Shown: positions 47,501 to 57,196, counted from the first letter of the stretch. The stretch is 64,000 bases of DNA from Planctomycetota bacterium (GCA_038213805.1 JBBQSO010000002.1:74361-138360), one strand, 5' to 3'. Translations and numbers: made by a program. The notes: generated from the sequence alone by a model not told the origin.

Positions 47501-48709
47501 ATGGCCCAGCCCGGCGCCCCCAAGACCACCGAGATCGCGCATTCCGACCCGGCCGTCGAGAACGCCCAGTTGATCTTCCGCGACGCGTGGGCGGCCCTCG
47601 AGTCCAGCGTGGGGCGGCAGAACCTGCGCTTCCCGAAGGAGATCATCTGGCTGAACGGCGCGCCCGGTTCGGGCAAGGGCACCAACACCCCGTTCATCCT
47701 GCGCGAGCGCGGCATCACCGCCAAGCCGGTGGTCACCAGCGAGCTGCTCAACACCGACGAGGCCCAGGCGATCAAGGCCGCCGGCAACCTGGTCAGCGAC
47801 CAGGTGGTGGTCGCCCTGCTGTTCCGCAAGCTGCTCGACCCGACCTACCTCAACGGTGTGATCGTCGACGGCTTCCCGCGCACGCGCGTGCAGTGCGAGT
47901 GCCTCAAGCTGCTCTACCAGAAGATGCTTGAGCTGCGCAAGGAGTTCTACGGCAGTGCGCTCGGCCAGCACTTCCCGCAGCCGGTGTTCCGCATCACCGT
48001 GCTCTACGTCGAGGAACACGAATCGGTGGAGCGCCAGCTCAAGCGCGGCCGCCAGATCATCGCGCACAACCAGCGCATCCGTGACACCGGCGTCGGCGAA
48101 CTGCTCGAAGAGCGCGCCACCGACACCAACGAAGAGGCCTGCCGCAAGCGCTACCGCATCTTCAAGGAGCAGGCGCTGGAGGCGCTGCAGTCGCTCAAGA
48201 AGACCTTCCACTACCACCTGGTCAACGCCCAGGCCGACGTCGCGACGGTCGAGCGCAACATCATCCACGAGTTCCAGTACCAGAGCACGCTCGAGCTCGA
48301 CGACGAGACCCTCGACTCGATCAACCACATCCCGCTCGCCAGCGACATCGTGCTCAACGCGCGTCAGCTGCTGGTGCGCCGCCTCGACTCCTACCAGCGC
48401 GAGCACACCGCGCTGTTCAAGCAGGTGAACTATGTGATCGAGCACGAGTTCATGCCGGTGATCAGCATCCATTCGATCAGCGGCCGCGCCGAGATCGCCA
48501 GCGAGAACCCGCTCTTCGCCCAGCCGATGGCCCTGCTCATGCTGCTCGACGTGTTCAACGAGCGCGGCTATTACGCGGTCGGCTTCACCGAGACCAAGGA
48601 CATCCCCGCGCGCATCGACCTGGCCACCGGCGAGATCACCTGCCGCAGGAAGCCGGTGTACCGCTTCTCGATCCGCTTCCAGGGGTCGGTGATCCGGCGC
48701 GGCAACTGA
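47501..48709 (+). CDS. Extended adenylate kinase-like nucleoside monophosphate kinase
   Basis: GAPGSGKGT P-loop, GNLVSD, VDGFPRT; long C-terminal extension. Confidence 0.82.
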   Translation: MAQPGAPKTTEIAHSDPAVENAQLIFRDAWAALESSVGRQNLRFPKEIIWLNGAPGSGKGTNTPFILRERGITAKPVVTSELLNTDEAQAIKAAGNLVSDQVVVALLFRKLLDPTYLNGVIVDGFPRTRVQCECLKLLYQKMLELRKEFYGSALGQHFPQPVFRITVLYVEEHESVERQLKRGRQIIAHNQRIRDTGVGELLEERATDTNEEACRKRYRIFKEQALEALQSLKKTFHYHLVNAQADVATVERNIIHEFQYQSTLELDDETLDSINHIPLASDIVLNARQLLVRRLDSYQREHTALFKQVNYVIEHEFMPVISIHSISGRAEIASENPLFAQPMALLMLLDVFNERGYYAVGFTETKDIPARIDLATGEITCRRKPVYRFSIRFQGSVIRRGN

Positions 48710-48710
48710 C

Positions 48711-49475
48711 ATGCGCTGCTATACCTGGAACGTCAACGGCATCCGCGCGGTGGCCAAGAAGAACCTGCTGCCTTGGTCTGTGCTCGGCGACGGCGACGTC
48801 ATCTGCCTGCAGGAGACCAAAGCCAAGGTCGAGCAGCTTGACCCCACGCTGGCCGCGCCGGAGGGCTGGCACAGCTTCTGGCACTCGGCGGCCAAGCCCG
48901 GCTACAGCAGCGTGGCGATCATCAGCCGCATCAAGCCGGATGAGGTGGTGGGTGGTATCGGCGACGAGCAGTTCGATTGCGAAGGCCGCGTACTGGCGGC
49001 ACGCTTCGGCACCCTGGTGGTGATCTCTGCCTACTTCCCGAACAGCCGCGAAGCGGGCTTGCGGCTGCCGTACAAGCTCGCCTTCTGCGCGCGGCTCGAG
49101 GCCTACCTGGCGGAGTGGCGCGCCAAGGGCTGCGAGGTGCTGCTGATGGGCGACTACAACATCGCGCACCAGCCCATCGATCTGGCGCGGCCCAAGGACA
49201 ACGCCAAGAACGCCGGCTACCTGCCGGACGAGCGCGCCTGGATGACGCGCTACCTGGGCCTGGGCTACCACGACGTCTTCCGCGAGGCCAATCCCGACCT
49301 GGTCGGCGCCTACACCTGGTGGACCGCGTGGGGCGGCGCGCGTGACCGCAACGTCGGGTGGCGCATCGATCTCGGCACGGTCAGCCCCGGCCTGCGAGGG
49401 CGCGTGCAGGGCAGCCAGATCCATCCCGAGATTCTCGGCAGCGACCACTGCCCGGTCAGCGTCGAGCTGACCTGA
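48711..49475 (+). CDS. xth: Exodeoxyribonuclease III
   Basis: TWNVNGIRA, CLQETK, GDYNIAH, YTWW, GWRID, GSDHCP. Confidence 0.95.
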   Translation: MRCYTWNVNGIRAVAKKNLLPWSVLGDGDVICLQETKAKVEQLDPTLAAPEGWHSFWHSAAKPGYSSVAIISRIKPDEVVGGIGDEQFDCEGRVLAARFGTLVVISAYFPNSREAGLRLPYKLAFCARLEAYLAEWRAKGCEVLLMGDYNIAHQPIDLARPKDNAKNAGYLPDERAWMTRYLGLGYHDVFREANPDLVGAYTWWTAWGGARDRNVGWRIDLGTVSPGLRGRVQGSQIHPEILGSDHCPVSVELT

Positions 49476-49488
49476 GCGGCGGCGCGCG

Positions 49489-49986
49489 ATGACCGCGGCC
49501 CCGACCCTGCGCACCGCCACGGCCGCCGATCTGCCGGCGATCAGCGCAATCTACAACCACTATGTGCGCACCTCGACCGCCACGTACCAGCTTGCCGAAG
49601 AAACGCCCGCGGAGCGCGCCGCGTGGTTCGCCGCGCACGGGCCCGGTCACGCGGTGACGGTCTGCGTCGCCGACGGCGCGGTCGTCGCCTGGGCCTCGCT
49701 GTCCCCCTTCCACCCGCGCGCCGCCTTCGCACGCACGGTCGAGGATTCGCTCTACGTCCATCCCACGCACCTGCGCCGCGGCCTTGGCCGGCTGCTGCTG
49801 ACTGATCTCATCGGGCGCGCCCGCGCCACCGGCGCGCACAGCATCATCGCCGCGATCTCCGCCGATCAGGTTGCGAGCCTGGAGCTGCACCGCGCCCACG
49901 GTTTCAGCCCCTGCGGCACCTTGCGCGAAGCCGGCCGGAAATTCGACCGCTGGCTCGATCTGGCGTATTGGCAACTGCGGCTCTGA
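49489..49986 (+). CDS. GNAT acetyltransferase (phosphinothricin N-acetyltransferase/YncA-like)
   Basis: AIYNHYV..STAT, TVEDSLYV, RRGLG, GRKFDRWLD. Confidence 0.9.
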   Translation: MTAAPTLRTATAADLPAISAIYNHYVRTSTATYQLAEETPAERAAWFAAHGPGHAVTVCVADGAVVAWASLSPFHPRAAFARTVEDSLYVHPTHLRRGLGRLLLTDLIGRARATGAHSIIAAISADQVASLELHRAHGFSPCGTLREAGRKFDRWLDLAYWQLRL

Positions 49987-50103
49987 GGGCAGGGCAGCGC
50001 CCCGCGCCTGCGGTCCGCTTCGTGATCGTCTCGCATCTGCCGACCTCGCATCACCAGGACGCCCGCGGTCCAGCGGAAGATCACCATGCAGTGCGACGTC
50101 TGC

Positions 50104-50388
50104 CCAGAGCGCCAACGGCGCGACCAGCGGACAGCCCAGGGCCAAGCCCTGGGCTCGCTGTGATAAAAAGATTTCAGAGCCCTGAATGGGCGGCCAACGG
50201 CGCTGCACCTTGCGAGCCCGGTGCTGCACCTGCGAGCGCTCCATGCCACGAGAATGCGCTCGCGAGTGGCTGTTCTTCGTCGACGTCGAACGATATGAAT
50301 CGCCCCTTCAGGGCTCAGAATCGTTATTATTGTTCTACCCAGGGCTTCGCCCTGGGCTGGCTTTCTGACCGCGCCGTTGGCGCTCTGG
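50104..50388. repeat. REP/REPIN-like long inverted repeat (two ~88-bp arms)
   Basis: 50104-50192 matches the reverse complement of 50301-50388 in three blocks; each arm holds a CCCAGGGC-NAA-GCCCTGGG hairpin. Confidence 0.85.
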
Positions 50389-50491
50389 ACAAGCGACCGG
50401 TGCGATCCGCAGTCTGCGAAGCGTTCCCCGACTCGCGGATCATGGACCTGGTTCAATGTTCCAGGGCCCGGGGACCGGAAACCACTTTCTC

Positions 50492-50533
50492 GGGTCTAGG
50501 GTCTAGGGTCTAGCACCTAGCGCCTAGCTCCCA
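50492..50533. repeat. Heptamer array (GGGTCTA)3 grading into GCACCTA/GCGCCTA
   Basis: Read directly; lies next to the cupin stop codon. Confidence 0.8.
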
Positions 50534-50538
50534 GCACT

Positions 50539-51045
50539 TCAGCGCCCGCCTTCCTTCACCGCCCGCCAATCCCTGCCGTCGTAGGCCGGCGCGAAGATCT
50601 CGTAGAACTGGCTGCCCGCATCCGCGGTGTTCTCCAACGAGTGCGCCGAACCGCGCGGAATGGTGATCACGTCACCAGGTCCGTAGCGGAAATTCCGCGC
50701 GCCCAGGCGCGCCCACCCGCTACCAGCGGCGACGATCAGGGTACGATCGTGATGATCGTGCACATGCGCGGCCTCCTCCTTGCGCAGCAGCAGGGCGTGG
50801 GTGCTTGACCCGGCCTCGCTGTGCACCAGGCGCCGCGCGAAGGGATCCGCGCGCTCCTGGTCGGTCCACTCGGCCTCGGGCTGGATGTGCTCCGGGGTGA
50901 TCAGGCGCAGGTGCACATCGCCACAGCCTGCGACCAGGGCGAGCGCAGCGCCCACACCCACAGGACGGGCCCAGCCCGCCAGGTTTCGGACGATACGCGC
51001 GGCAGAGCGGACGATGGATTCCATGGTCGCCTTATCGCCATCCAC
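50539..51045 (-). CDS. Cupin-domain protein, probable lipoprotein (start uncertain)
   Basis: HVHDHHD..GSG and PGDVITIPRGSAH cupin motifs; VAGC lipobox. Confidence 0.8.
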   Translation of the reverse strand: MDGDKATMESIVRSAARIVRNLAGWARPVGVGAALALVAGCGDVHLRLITPEHIQPEAEWTDQERADPFARRLVHSEAGSSTHALLLRKEEAAHVHDHHDRTLIVAAGSGWARLGARNFRYGPGDVITIPRGSAHSLENTADAGSQFYEIFAPAYDGRDWRAVKEGGR

Positions 51046-51273
51046 CCCACCTCGGCAACGTGCATGTTCGCGGCCGGCGCCCTTGTCCCGTCCCCGCGTA
51101 CCTCATTCCCATCACCGTGGCCCTCCCCGAGGGCCCCTCCCCCGCAGCTCCCAGCAGCGCACCGAGCGTCTCGCTTCGCGACTCGACGCTCGCAGCAGGA
51201 GGTTTATTCCATGCGCTTAGGGTCTGAATTCACCCCCATTCGCCATTTCCCTCATCCCCGTTATCCTTCCATC

Positions 51274-51876
51274 ATGCGCGTCGCGATCCTCGATTACCAG
51301 GCCGGCAACCTGACCTCGGTGCAGCGCGCCCTGGCCCACCTCGGCCAGGACGCCCAGGTCACCGCGCGACCCGATGAGGTCGCTCAGGCCGATCGCGTGA
51401 TCTTCCCTGGCGTCGGTGCCGCCGGCAGCTGCATGGCCAACCTGCGCGCTGCCGGCCTGGACCAGGCGCTGCGCGAGGTCATCGCCGCCGGCCGCCCCCT
51501 GCTGTGCATCTGCGTTGGCATGCAGCTGCTGTTCGATTCCAGCGAAGAGGACGGCGGCGTCGCCTGCCTCGGCCTGCTGCCCGGCGCGGTGCGCCGCTTC
51601 CGCCCGGCGGATCCGACCATCAAGGTGCCGCACATGGGCTGGAACCCGGTCACCCTGCGCGATCCGCTCGGCGCCGGCATCGCGCTGGACAGCCCGTTCT
51701 ATTTCGTGCACAGCTACTACTGCGACCCCGGCCCGGGTGTCGAGGTCATCGCGACCAGCGTGCACGGCCAGGAGTTCTGCGCCGGCGTGCGGCGCGGCAA
51801 TCTCGCCGCCTTCCAGTTCCATCCCGAGAAGAGCGGGGCGGTCGGGCTGAAGCTGCTGGCGAACTTCCTGGCCTGA
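51274..51876 (+). CDS. hisH: Imidazole glycerol phosphate synthase subunit HisH
   Basis: DYQAGNL, FPGVG, CICVGMQLL, PHMGWN, YFVHSY, QFHPEKS; an in-frame ATG at 51211 follows AGGAGGT. Confidence 0.96.
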   Translation: MRVAILDYQAGNLTSVQRALAHLGQDAQVTARPDEVAQADRVIFPGVGAAGSCMANLRAAGLDQALREVIAAGRPLLCICVGMQLLFDSSEEDGGVACLGLLPGAVRRFRPADPTIKVPHMGWNPVTLRDPLGAGIALDSPFYFVHSYYCDPGPGVEVIATSVHGQEFCAGVRRGNLAAFQFHPEKSGAVGLKLLANFLA

Positions 51877-51886
51877 GCGGCGGTCC

Positions 51887-52330
51887 TCAGTCGCTGCTGC
51901 TCGACGACGAGCCGCCGCTGTCACTCGAAGAGCCGCCGCTGTCGCTCGAGAAGCTGCCGCCATCGCTCGCTGGGCTGCTGTCGCATGATGACGAGCCGCC
52001 GCTGTCGCTGGCACCGCCTGCGGCATCACCACCGTAATGGCCGTGGCCGTGATCGTGGCCGTGGCCGTGATGATGACCGTGACCGTGGTGCTGTCCCTGG
52101 TCGTGACCCGTACCGGACTGATGGCCCGGCTCCGCGGAGACGCCATCCGTCCGCTGGCTCGGCCATCCCCCATTGCCCTCGCCGGACATCACCTGAAAGG
52201 CGGGCGCGACCCCATCGTCGTCGATACCGCGGCGCCGCCGTCGCTCCGGACGCGACGCGGGTCTGCGGAAGAACATGATGATCGCCGTCAGGAAAACGAC
52301 CCCGACGGCGAGAATGAAAACGAGGTCCAT
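51887..52330 (-). CDS. Small single-TM protein with a His-rich segment and a Ser/Gly/Asp tail
   Basis: N-terminal [25 protein letters not shown], then SGGSSSCDSS... Confidence 0.7.
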   Translation of the reverse strand: MDLVFILAVGVVFLTAIIMFFRRPASRPERRRRRGIDDDGVAPAFQVMSGEGNGGWPSQRTDGVSAEPGHQSGTGHDQGQHHGHGHHHGHGHDHGHGHYGGDAAGGASDSGGSSSCDSSPASDGGSFSSDSGGSSSDSGGSSSSSSD

Positions 52331-52388
52331 GTGCGGATCCGGCGTGAGGCGGACGCGCCGATGCTACCAGCCACGGCGGCGCTGTCGA

Positions 52389-53291
52389 TCACTCCCGCGG
52401 CAGCCCGAGCTGCAACAGCACGGCGTCGCCCAGGCGCTCGAGCAGGTCCGCGGGCGACCTGCCCCCATGCCCGTGCGCCGACCAGCACAGCGCGTCGACG
52501 GACGCGCGCAGGTCCGCCTTGCCCTGAATCACCAGATCGCCGGGCTGCGGGCTGTCGGCCCCCGGCACGTGCGGCTGCAGTGAGACGTCGGGCGGCTGCA
52601 GATAGAGCACCAGGTCGGCCCAGCGCCGCGCGGCCACGACCAGCTCCTGGCCGGCCTGCTCGAGCGGATCGGCGGTCGGTCGCAGCCCGGCCGAATCGAC
52701 CAGCCGCAGGCGCCAGCCGCCGACCAGGGCGTGGGCGGCGACCAGGTCGCGGGTGGTGCCAGGGATGGCGCTGACCAGCGCGCGCTGCCGTCCGCACCAG
52801 GCATTGAGCAAGGTGCTCTTCCCGGCATTGGCAGGCCCGGTGATCAGCACCACCGGCGCGCGCATCAGCAGGCCGGTGGGAAACGGTGGCGGGACGCCGG
52901 GATGGGCGAGCAGCCAGCGCACCGCGGCCGGACTGGCGGCGCGCGCCAGGTCGGGCCAGGAGGCTAGACGGGCGCCAGCTACGTCGCCGGCCAACCCCAG
53001 GCCGCTCACCGCCCAGGGCGCCTCGACCAGTCCATGCCCCGCCAAACAGGCGGTGACCGCCGCACGCACGCCCGGCCCACCATGGGTGGTGAGCTCGATC
53101 ACGTCGGCAGTGAGACGCACGAGCACCACCTCGTCGATCGCCGCGCCGGCGCGATCGCGCAAGCGGGTGACGCAGGCGCCGCCAGGCTCGGGCAGGACGC
53201 GCGCGATCAGGCCGGGCAGGGCCGGGCAGCGCAGCACCGCCAGCGCCGCGGGTTCGGGTGGGGTCAGCCAGGTGTAGGTGCCGACGCTCAC
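52389..53291 (-). CDS. Shortened MnmE/TrmE-like GTPase
   Basis: [39 protein letters not shown]; only 300 aa. Confidence 0.82.
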   Translation of the reverse strand: MSVGTYTWLTPPEPAALAVLRCPALPGLIARVLPEPGGACVTRLRDRAGAAIDEVVLVRLTADVIELTTHGGPGVRAAVTACLAGHGLVEAPWAVSGLGLAGDVAGARLASWPDLARAASPAAVRWLLAHPGVPPPFPTGLLMRAPVVLITGPANAGKSTLLNAWCGRQRALVSAIPGTTRDLVAAHALVGGWRLRLVDSAGLRPTADPLEQAGQELVVAARRWADLVLYLQPPDVSLQPHVPGADSPQPGDLVIQGKADLRASVDALCWSAHGHGGRSPADLLERLGDAVLLQLGLPRE

Positions 53292-54238
53292 GCGGATTCC
53301 CCAGCGCTAAGCCGCGCGCCATCCCAGCGCACCACCAGATCGGCAGTGCGCACGCGCGCCCACGCGAAATCCGCGACCAGATCGCGCGGACGGCAAGGCG
53401 CGGCCGTCGCCTGCAGCCCCGCGCACCACGCCAGAAAGCCGCACAGCGCCAGCGCATCATAGTGCGCACGCAGCGCTGGCACGCCGACCGCGCCGTGGAA
53501 TTTCGCGTGCTTGCGGCCGCGCTCCTCGAGCAGCAGCAGGTGGTGCCGGTAGGTCGGCGTGGGCAGGCCCAGGATGCGCTGCAAGGCGACCTGGGTGGCG
53601 GTCGCGCTGGCGAGGTCGCGCCCGCGCACCACGCGCGTCACGCCCGCAGCCGCATCATCGACCACCACCGCGAGGTGGTAGGCGACCGCCCCGTCCCGCC
53701 GCCGCACTACCGGATCGCCGAACGCCTGCGCAGGATCCTGAATGAGGTCGGCACCCGACCCGTCGCGCACAGCGATGGGCCCATCGTCGAGGCGCGCACG
53801 TACCGGTTCCACGCAGGCGCGCCAGCCGCCGGGCGGCAGCGGCCGCTCACGCTCGTGATTGTCGTAAGCCCAGCCACCGTCGGGCGCGCGCCGGCCGCCG
53901 GCCTGCAGCCCGGCCCGGCCTACGCCACTCGGGTAAAGCCGGCCCAGCTCCGCGAGGCGGTCGAGCGCGCGTGCGTGCTGCTCCGCGAGCTCGCTCTGGG
54001 TGGTCGTGCAATCCCAGTCGAGGCCGAACCACGCGAGGTCGGCGAGCATGCCAGTGGCCAGACCGGGCGTGCAGCGCTCCGGATCGAGATCCTCGAGGCG
54101 CAGCAGGATGCGCCCGCCGCCACTGCGCTGGTCGAGCCAGCCAAGCAGGGCCGCAAGCAGCGTCCCCGGGTGGGCGGGCCCAGTAGTCGATGGGGCGAAA
54201 CGGCCGACGTCCGGCACGGGCAGCGGACCGCGCGTCAA
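53288..54238 (-). CDS. Glutamyl-Q tRNA(Asp) synthetase-like protein (GluRS catalytic-domain paralogue)
   Basis: [40 protein letters not shown]; no anticodon-binding domain. Confidence 0.85.
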   Translation of the reverse strand: MTRGPLPVPDVGRFAPSTTGPAHPGTLLAALLGWLDQRSGGGRILLRLEDLDPERCTPGLATGMLADLAWFGLDWDCTTTQSELAEQHARALDRLAELGRLYPSGVGRAGLQAGGRRAPDGGWAYDNHERERPLPPGGWRACVEPVRARLDDGPIAVRDGSGADLIQDPAQAFGDPVVRRRDGAVAYHLAVVVDDAAAGVTRVVRGRDLASATATQVALQRILGLPTPTYRHHLLLLEERGRKHAKFHGAVGVPALRAHYDALALCGFLAWCAGLQATAAPCRPRDLVADFAWARVRTADLVVRWDGARLSAGESA

Positions 54239-54717
54239 CGCAGGTAGAAGACCGCATCCTCGTCGCGCAGACGCTGGATGAAGTCCGCGAAGCCGGTGGC
54301 GACTTCACTGATCTTGTGGCGTGAATGCACCGCGTTGGGCGTGCCGCTGAAGGGATCGACGATCAGGTACTGGCCGGGCAGCCCCTCGAAGACCGGCAGT
54401 TCGTTGCGGCGCAGGGGCGGTTCGGGGCTGTCGGCCGCCTCGTTGAGGTAGAGGGCGGCCACGGTCTGCGGGTGCAGGATGCGGTTGAGCACCGTGCTCC
54501 AGCGCGCGTCGCGCGGTGGGCGGCGCGCGACGCACAACGTGCCACTGCCGATGGTTTCGTAGAAGGCGCGCACCTGGCGCGGGAATGGAAAGCCCAGACG
54601 CGCCTCCGCTTCCTGGATGCGCGCCAGCTCGACCTTGCGGAAGGCGGTGCGCTGGGGCCCGGGCGCGGTCTCGCCGACGAATGGCAGCAGATCCTGGTAG
54701 TCGTAGGGGACGGGCAT
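54235..54717 (-). CDS. SMI1/KNR4 family protein
   Basis: [33 protein letters not shown]. Confidence 0.78.
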   Translation of the reverse strand: MPVPYDYQDLLPFVGETAPGPQRTAFRKVELARIQEAEARLGFPFPRQVRAFYETIGSGTLCVARRPPRDARWSTVLNRILHPQTVAALYLNEAADSPEPPLRRNELPVFEGLPGQYLIVDPFSGTPNAVHSRHKISEVATGFADFIQRLRDEDAVFYLR

Positions 54718-54995
54718 CGCGCGCACATTGAAGCACGATACTGGGCGTGGCAACCTGCGGATCGCCAGCAGGGCCGGCGGTCCGCGGTATACGGCGGGGG
54801 CCAGAGGAGTGGCCGACGCACCACGGCATGTGCACAAAGCACATGCTGGAAATAGGCCGTGAGTAGCGACCGTTGCGAGTCATAGGGAAAGCCCATCGCG
54901 TGCCGCGCCGTCCGGGCCGGCGGCACGGAACCCTGGCCCGGCCTGGCGGCACCGGATGCGCGCCGCTCACACTCCCGCAGCGCTGCCGACCCGAC

Positions 54996-55027
54996 CTCCG
55001 GACTACCGGACTGCCGGACCTCCGGAC
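54996..55027. repeat. Degenerate TTCCGGAC octamer array overlapping the GH27 stop
   Basis: ctccggac taccggac tgccggac ctccggac. Confidence 0.85.
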
Positions 55028-56163
55028 TGCTGCATCGTGAACAGCCGCAGATCACGCGGCCCGACCGCCACCGGCACGCGCACCAGGGCGTCCTCGCGGG
55101 TGCGCCGCGTCCACACGTCGCGCATGTGGACCGGCTGCAGCGGCGCGAAGCCGAGCTGGGCGAGGTCGACCACCACCTCGGCCGGCTGATCGCCGCTGTT
55201 CAGGACCCCGACCGCGACCAGATCCCCGACCAGCGGTCGGCTCCAAATCGACAGCGCGCCGCTGCGCGCCAAGCAGGTGGCCGGCCGGCCGAGCGGATCC
55301 TGGTCGATGGCGATGGCCTCGGCGTTGCCGGCCAGGTCGAGCAGCTCGCCGACCAGGTGCCGCGGGTCGCAGGCGAGCATCAGCGGTGCGGCGAGCAGGC
55401 ACCACATGCCGAACTGCGCGCGGCACTCGTTCACGGACAGGCGCGCGCCGCCCTGCTCGACACCCAGCAGCAGCACATGCGGATCGTTCCAGCCGCCCGG
55501 GCCGGCGTGGCGCTCCAGCCCGGCGGTGCGCTCCAGGGCCATCAGCACGCCCACCCCGGCGCGCGCGTTGCGCGGCGAATCCCAGACGGGCCGCAGATCG
55601 TGCGCGGTACGCCACATCTGCGCGCCAGCGCGGCGCGCCCACAACCAGGGCGCACGCAGCCCCCAGTCGCAGATCGCGTAGGTGATCGGCCGGCCGCAGG
55701 TGCGCAAAGCCGCGCCCATGGCCGTGTAACGGGCCATCGCCTCGCCCAGGTCGTCGGGACCGTGGCAGTAGTCATAGGACAGCAGGTCGACGCCCCAGGC
55801 CGCGAAAGTTGCCGCATCCGCCATCTCGTGGCCGAGCGAACCGGGCCGCCCGCCACACGTGCGCTCGCCGGCAGAGGCGGAGATCCCCAGGCCGAAGCCG
55901 TGCTCGTGCAGATGCGCCGCGAGCTGACCCAGACCATGCGGGAAGAGGCGCGGGTCGGCCTGCAACCGGCCGTCCGCGGCACGCTGCTGCGCCTGCCAGT
56001 CGCCCTCGATCACCAGCTGGCGATACCCGACGTCACGCAGTCCGCTCGCTGCGAAATGCGCCGCCACCGCGCGCACCCGCCCCTCGCTGGGCTCGGCGCC
56101 GAGGCACGGCCAGCTCATCCAGCCCATCGGCGGCGTCGGGGCGGGTGGTGGGGTCGGGTCCAT
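55003..56163 (-). CDS. Glycoside hydrolase family 27 (alpha-galactosidase-like)
   Basis: PTPPMGWMSW, WGVDLLSYDYC, MWRTAHD, PGGWNDP, AIDQDPLG. Confidence 0.9.
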   Translation of the reverse strand: MDPTPPPAPTPPMGWMSWPCLGAEPSEGRVRAVAAHFAASGLRDVGYRQLVIEGDWQAQQRAADGRLQADPRLFPHGLGQLAAHLHEHGFGLGISASAGERTCGGRPGSLGHEMADAATFAAWGVDLLSYDYCHGPDDLGEAMARYTAMGAALRTCGRPITYAICDWGLRAPWLWARRAGAQMWRTAHDLRPVWDSPRNARAGVGVLMALERTAGLERHAGPGGWNDPHVLLLGVEQGGARLSVNECRAQFGMWCLLAAPLMLACDPRHLVGELLDLAGNAEAIAIDQDPLGRPATCLARSGALSIWSRPLVGDLVAVGVLNSGDQPAEVVVDLAQLGFAPLQPVHMRDVWTRRTREDALVRVPVAVGPRDLRLFTMQQSGGPAVR

Positions 56164-56338
56164 GCGGGGATTATACCCTATGGAGGGGACGGCCGGATGG
56201 AGCAGCCGAAGCACGATGGGAAACGCGAGATGAAAGCAGGATGGCGTGAGGCGAGGGTGACGGCGCGACGGGTCGCCTCACCATCGTTTGGCCTACTCCT
56301 TCGTGCCTTACTCCCTCCACTTCCCCTGCCCCCCTCCC

Positions 56339-57196
56339 TCAGCGCGGAACCGGCGTCATGCTGAACGGAATTTCCATTTCGTACGGCGCCCCCGCCCCGA
56401 ACCAGGTCTCGGCGATGGTGTGCCAGCGGCGGTTCTCCCACAGTTCCATCAGCGCCACGTCGATGGCGTTGCGCCAGCGCGACTGGTTCTGCGGCACTGC
56501 GACACCGTAGGGTTCCGTGGTGAAGCGCGCGCCGGCAATGCGCAGGTCGGCGGGATGGCCGGAGTTCTTGCGCAGGCCGAGCAGGATGACCTGGTCGCTG
56601 GAGATGGCGTCGACGTCCCCGGCCTCGAGCCCGGCGAGCAGCGCCTTGAAGTCGGCGAACAGCACGACCTTGGCATCGGGCGAAATCTGGCGCATGTAGA
56701 ATTGCGTAGTGCTGCCCTTGACCGCGCCGACGCTGCGCCCGCCGAGATCCTGGTAGGTCTGGATCGGCGAGGCGGTCTTGACCAGCAGCGACTGCCCGTC
56801 CTGGAAATAGGGGATCGAGAAGTCGACGCGGCGCATGCGGTAGCGGGTGATGGTCATCGAGGCGATGACCATGTCGACCTCGCCAGCGACCAGCTGGTCA
56901 CTGCGCGTGGCGCTGGTCACCGGCACGAACTCGACGTCGTCGATGCCCATCTGATGGGCGAGCGCCTGGGCGATGTCGATGTCGAAGCCGGAATAATACT
57001 CGCCCTTCTTCACCCCGAACGGCGGGGTGTCGGCCTTGACGCCGATGCGCACCTTCTTGGTCTGCATGACGCGCGCGAAGATGTCGCCGACCGGCGCTGG
57101 ACCCGCGGCGTCGCGCCCATCGCCGCCGCAACCGGCGAGCAGCATCACAGCGGTGGCGCAGGCGAGCAGCAGGAAGCGGCCGAACGTGGTGGTCAT
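56339..57196 (-). CDS. Polar amino acid ABC substrate-binding lipoprotein (family 3)
   Basis: LAGC lipobox; GVKADTPPFG, GFDIDIA, VDFSIPYF, EPYGVAV. Confidence 0.92.
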   Translation of the reverse strand: MTTTFGRFLLLACATAVMLLAGCGGDGRDAAGPAPVGDIFARVMQTKKVRIGVKADTPPFGVKKGEYYSGFDIDIAQALAHQMGIDDVEFVPVTSATRSDQLVAGEVDMVIASMTITRYRMRRVDFSIPYFQDGQSLLVKTASPIQTYQDLGGRSVGAVKGSTTQFYMRQISPDAKVVLFADFKALLAGLEAGDVDAISSDQVILLGLRKNSGHPADLRIAGARFTTEPYGVAVPQNQSRWRNAIDVALMELWENRRWHTIAETWFGAGAPYEMEIPFSMTPVPR

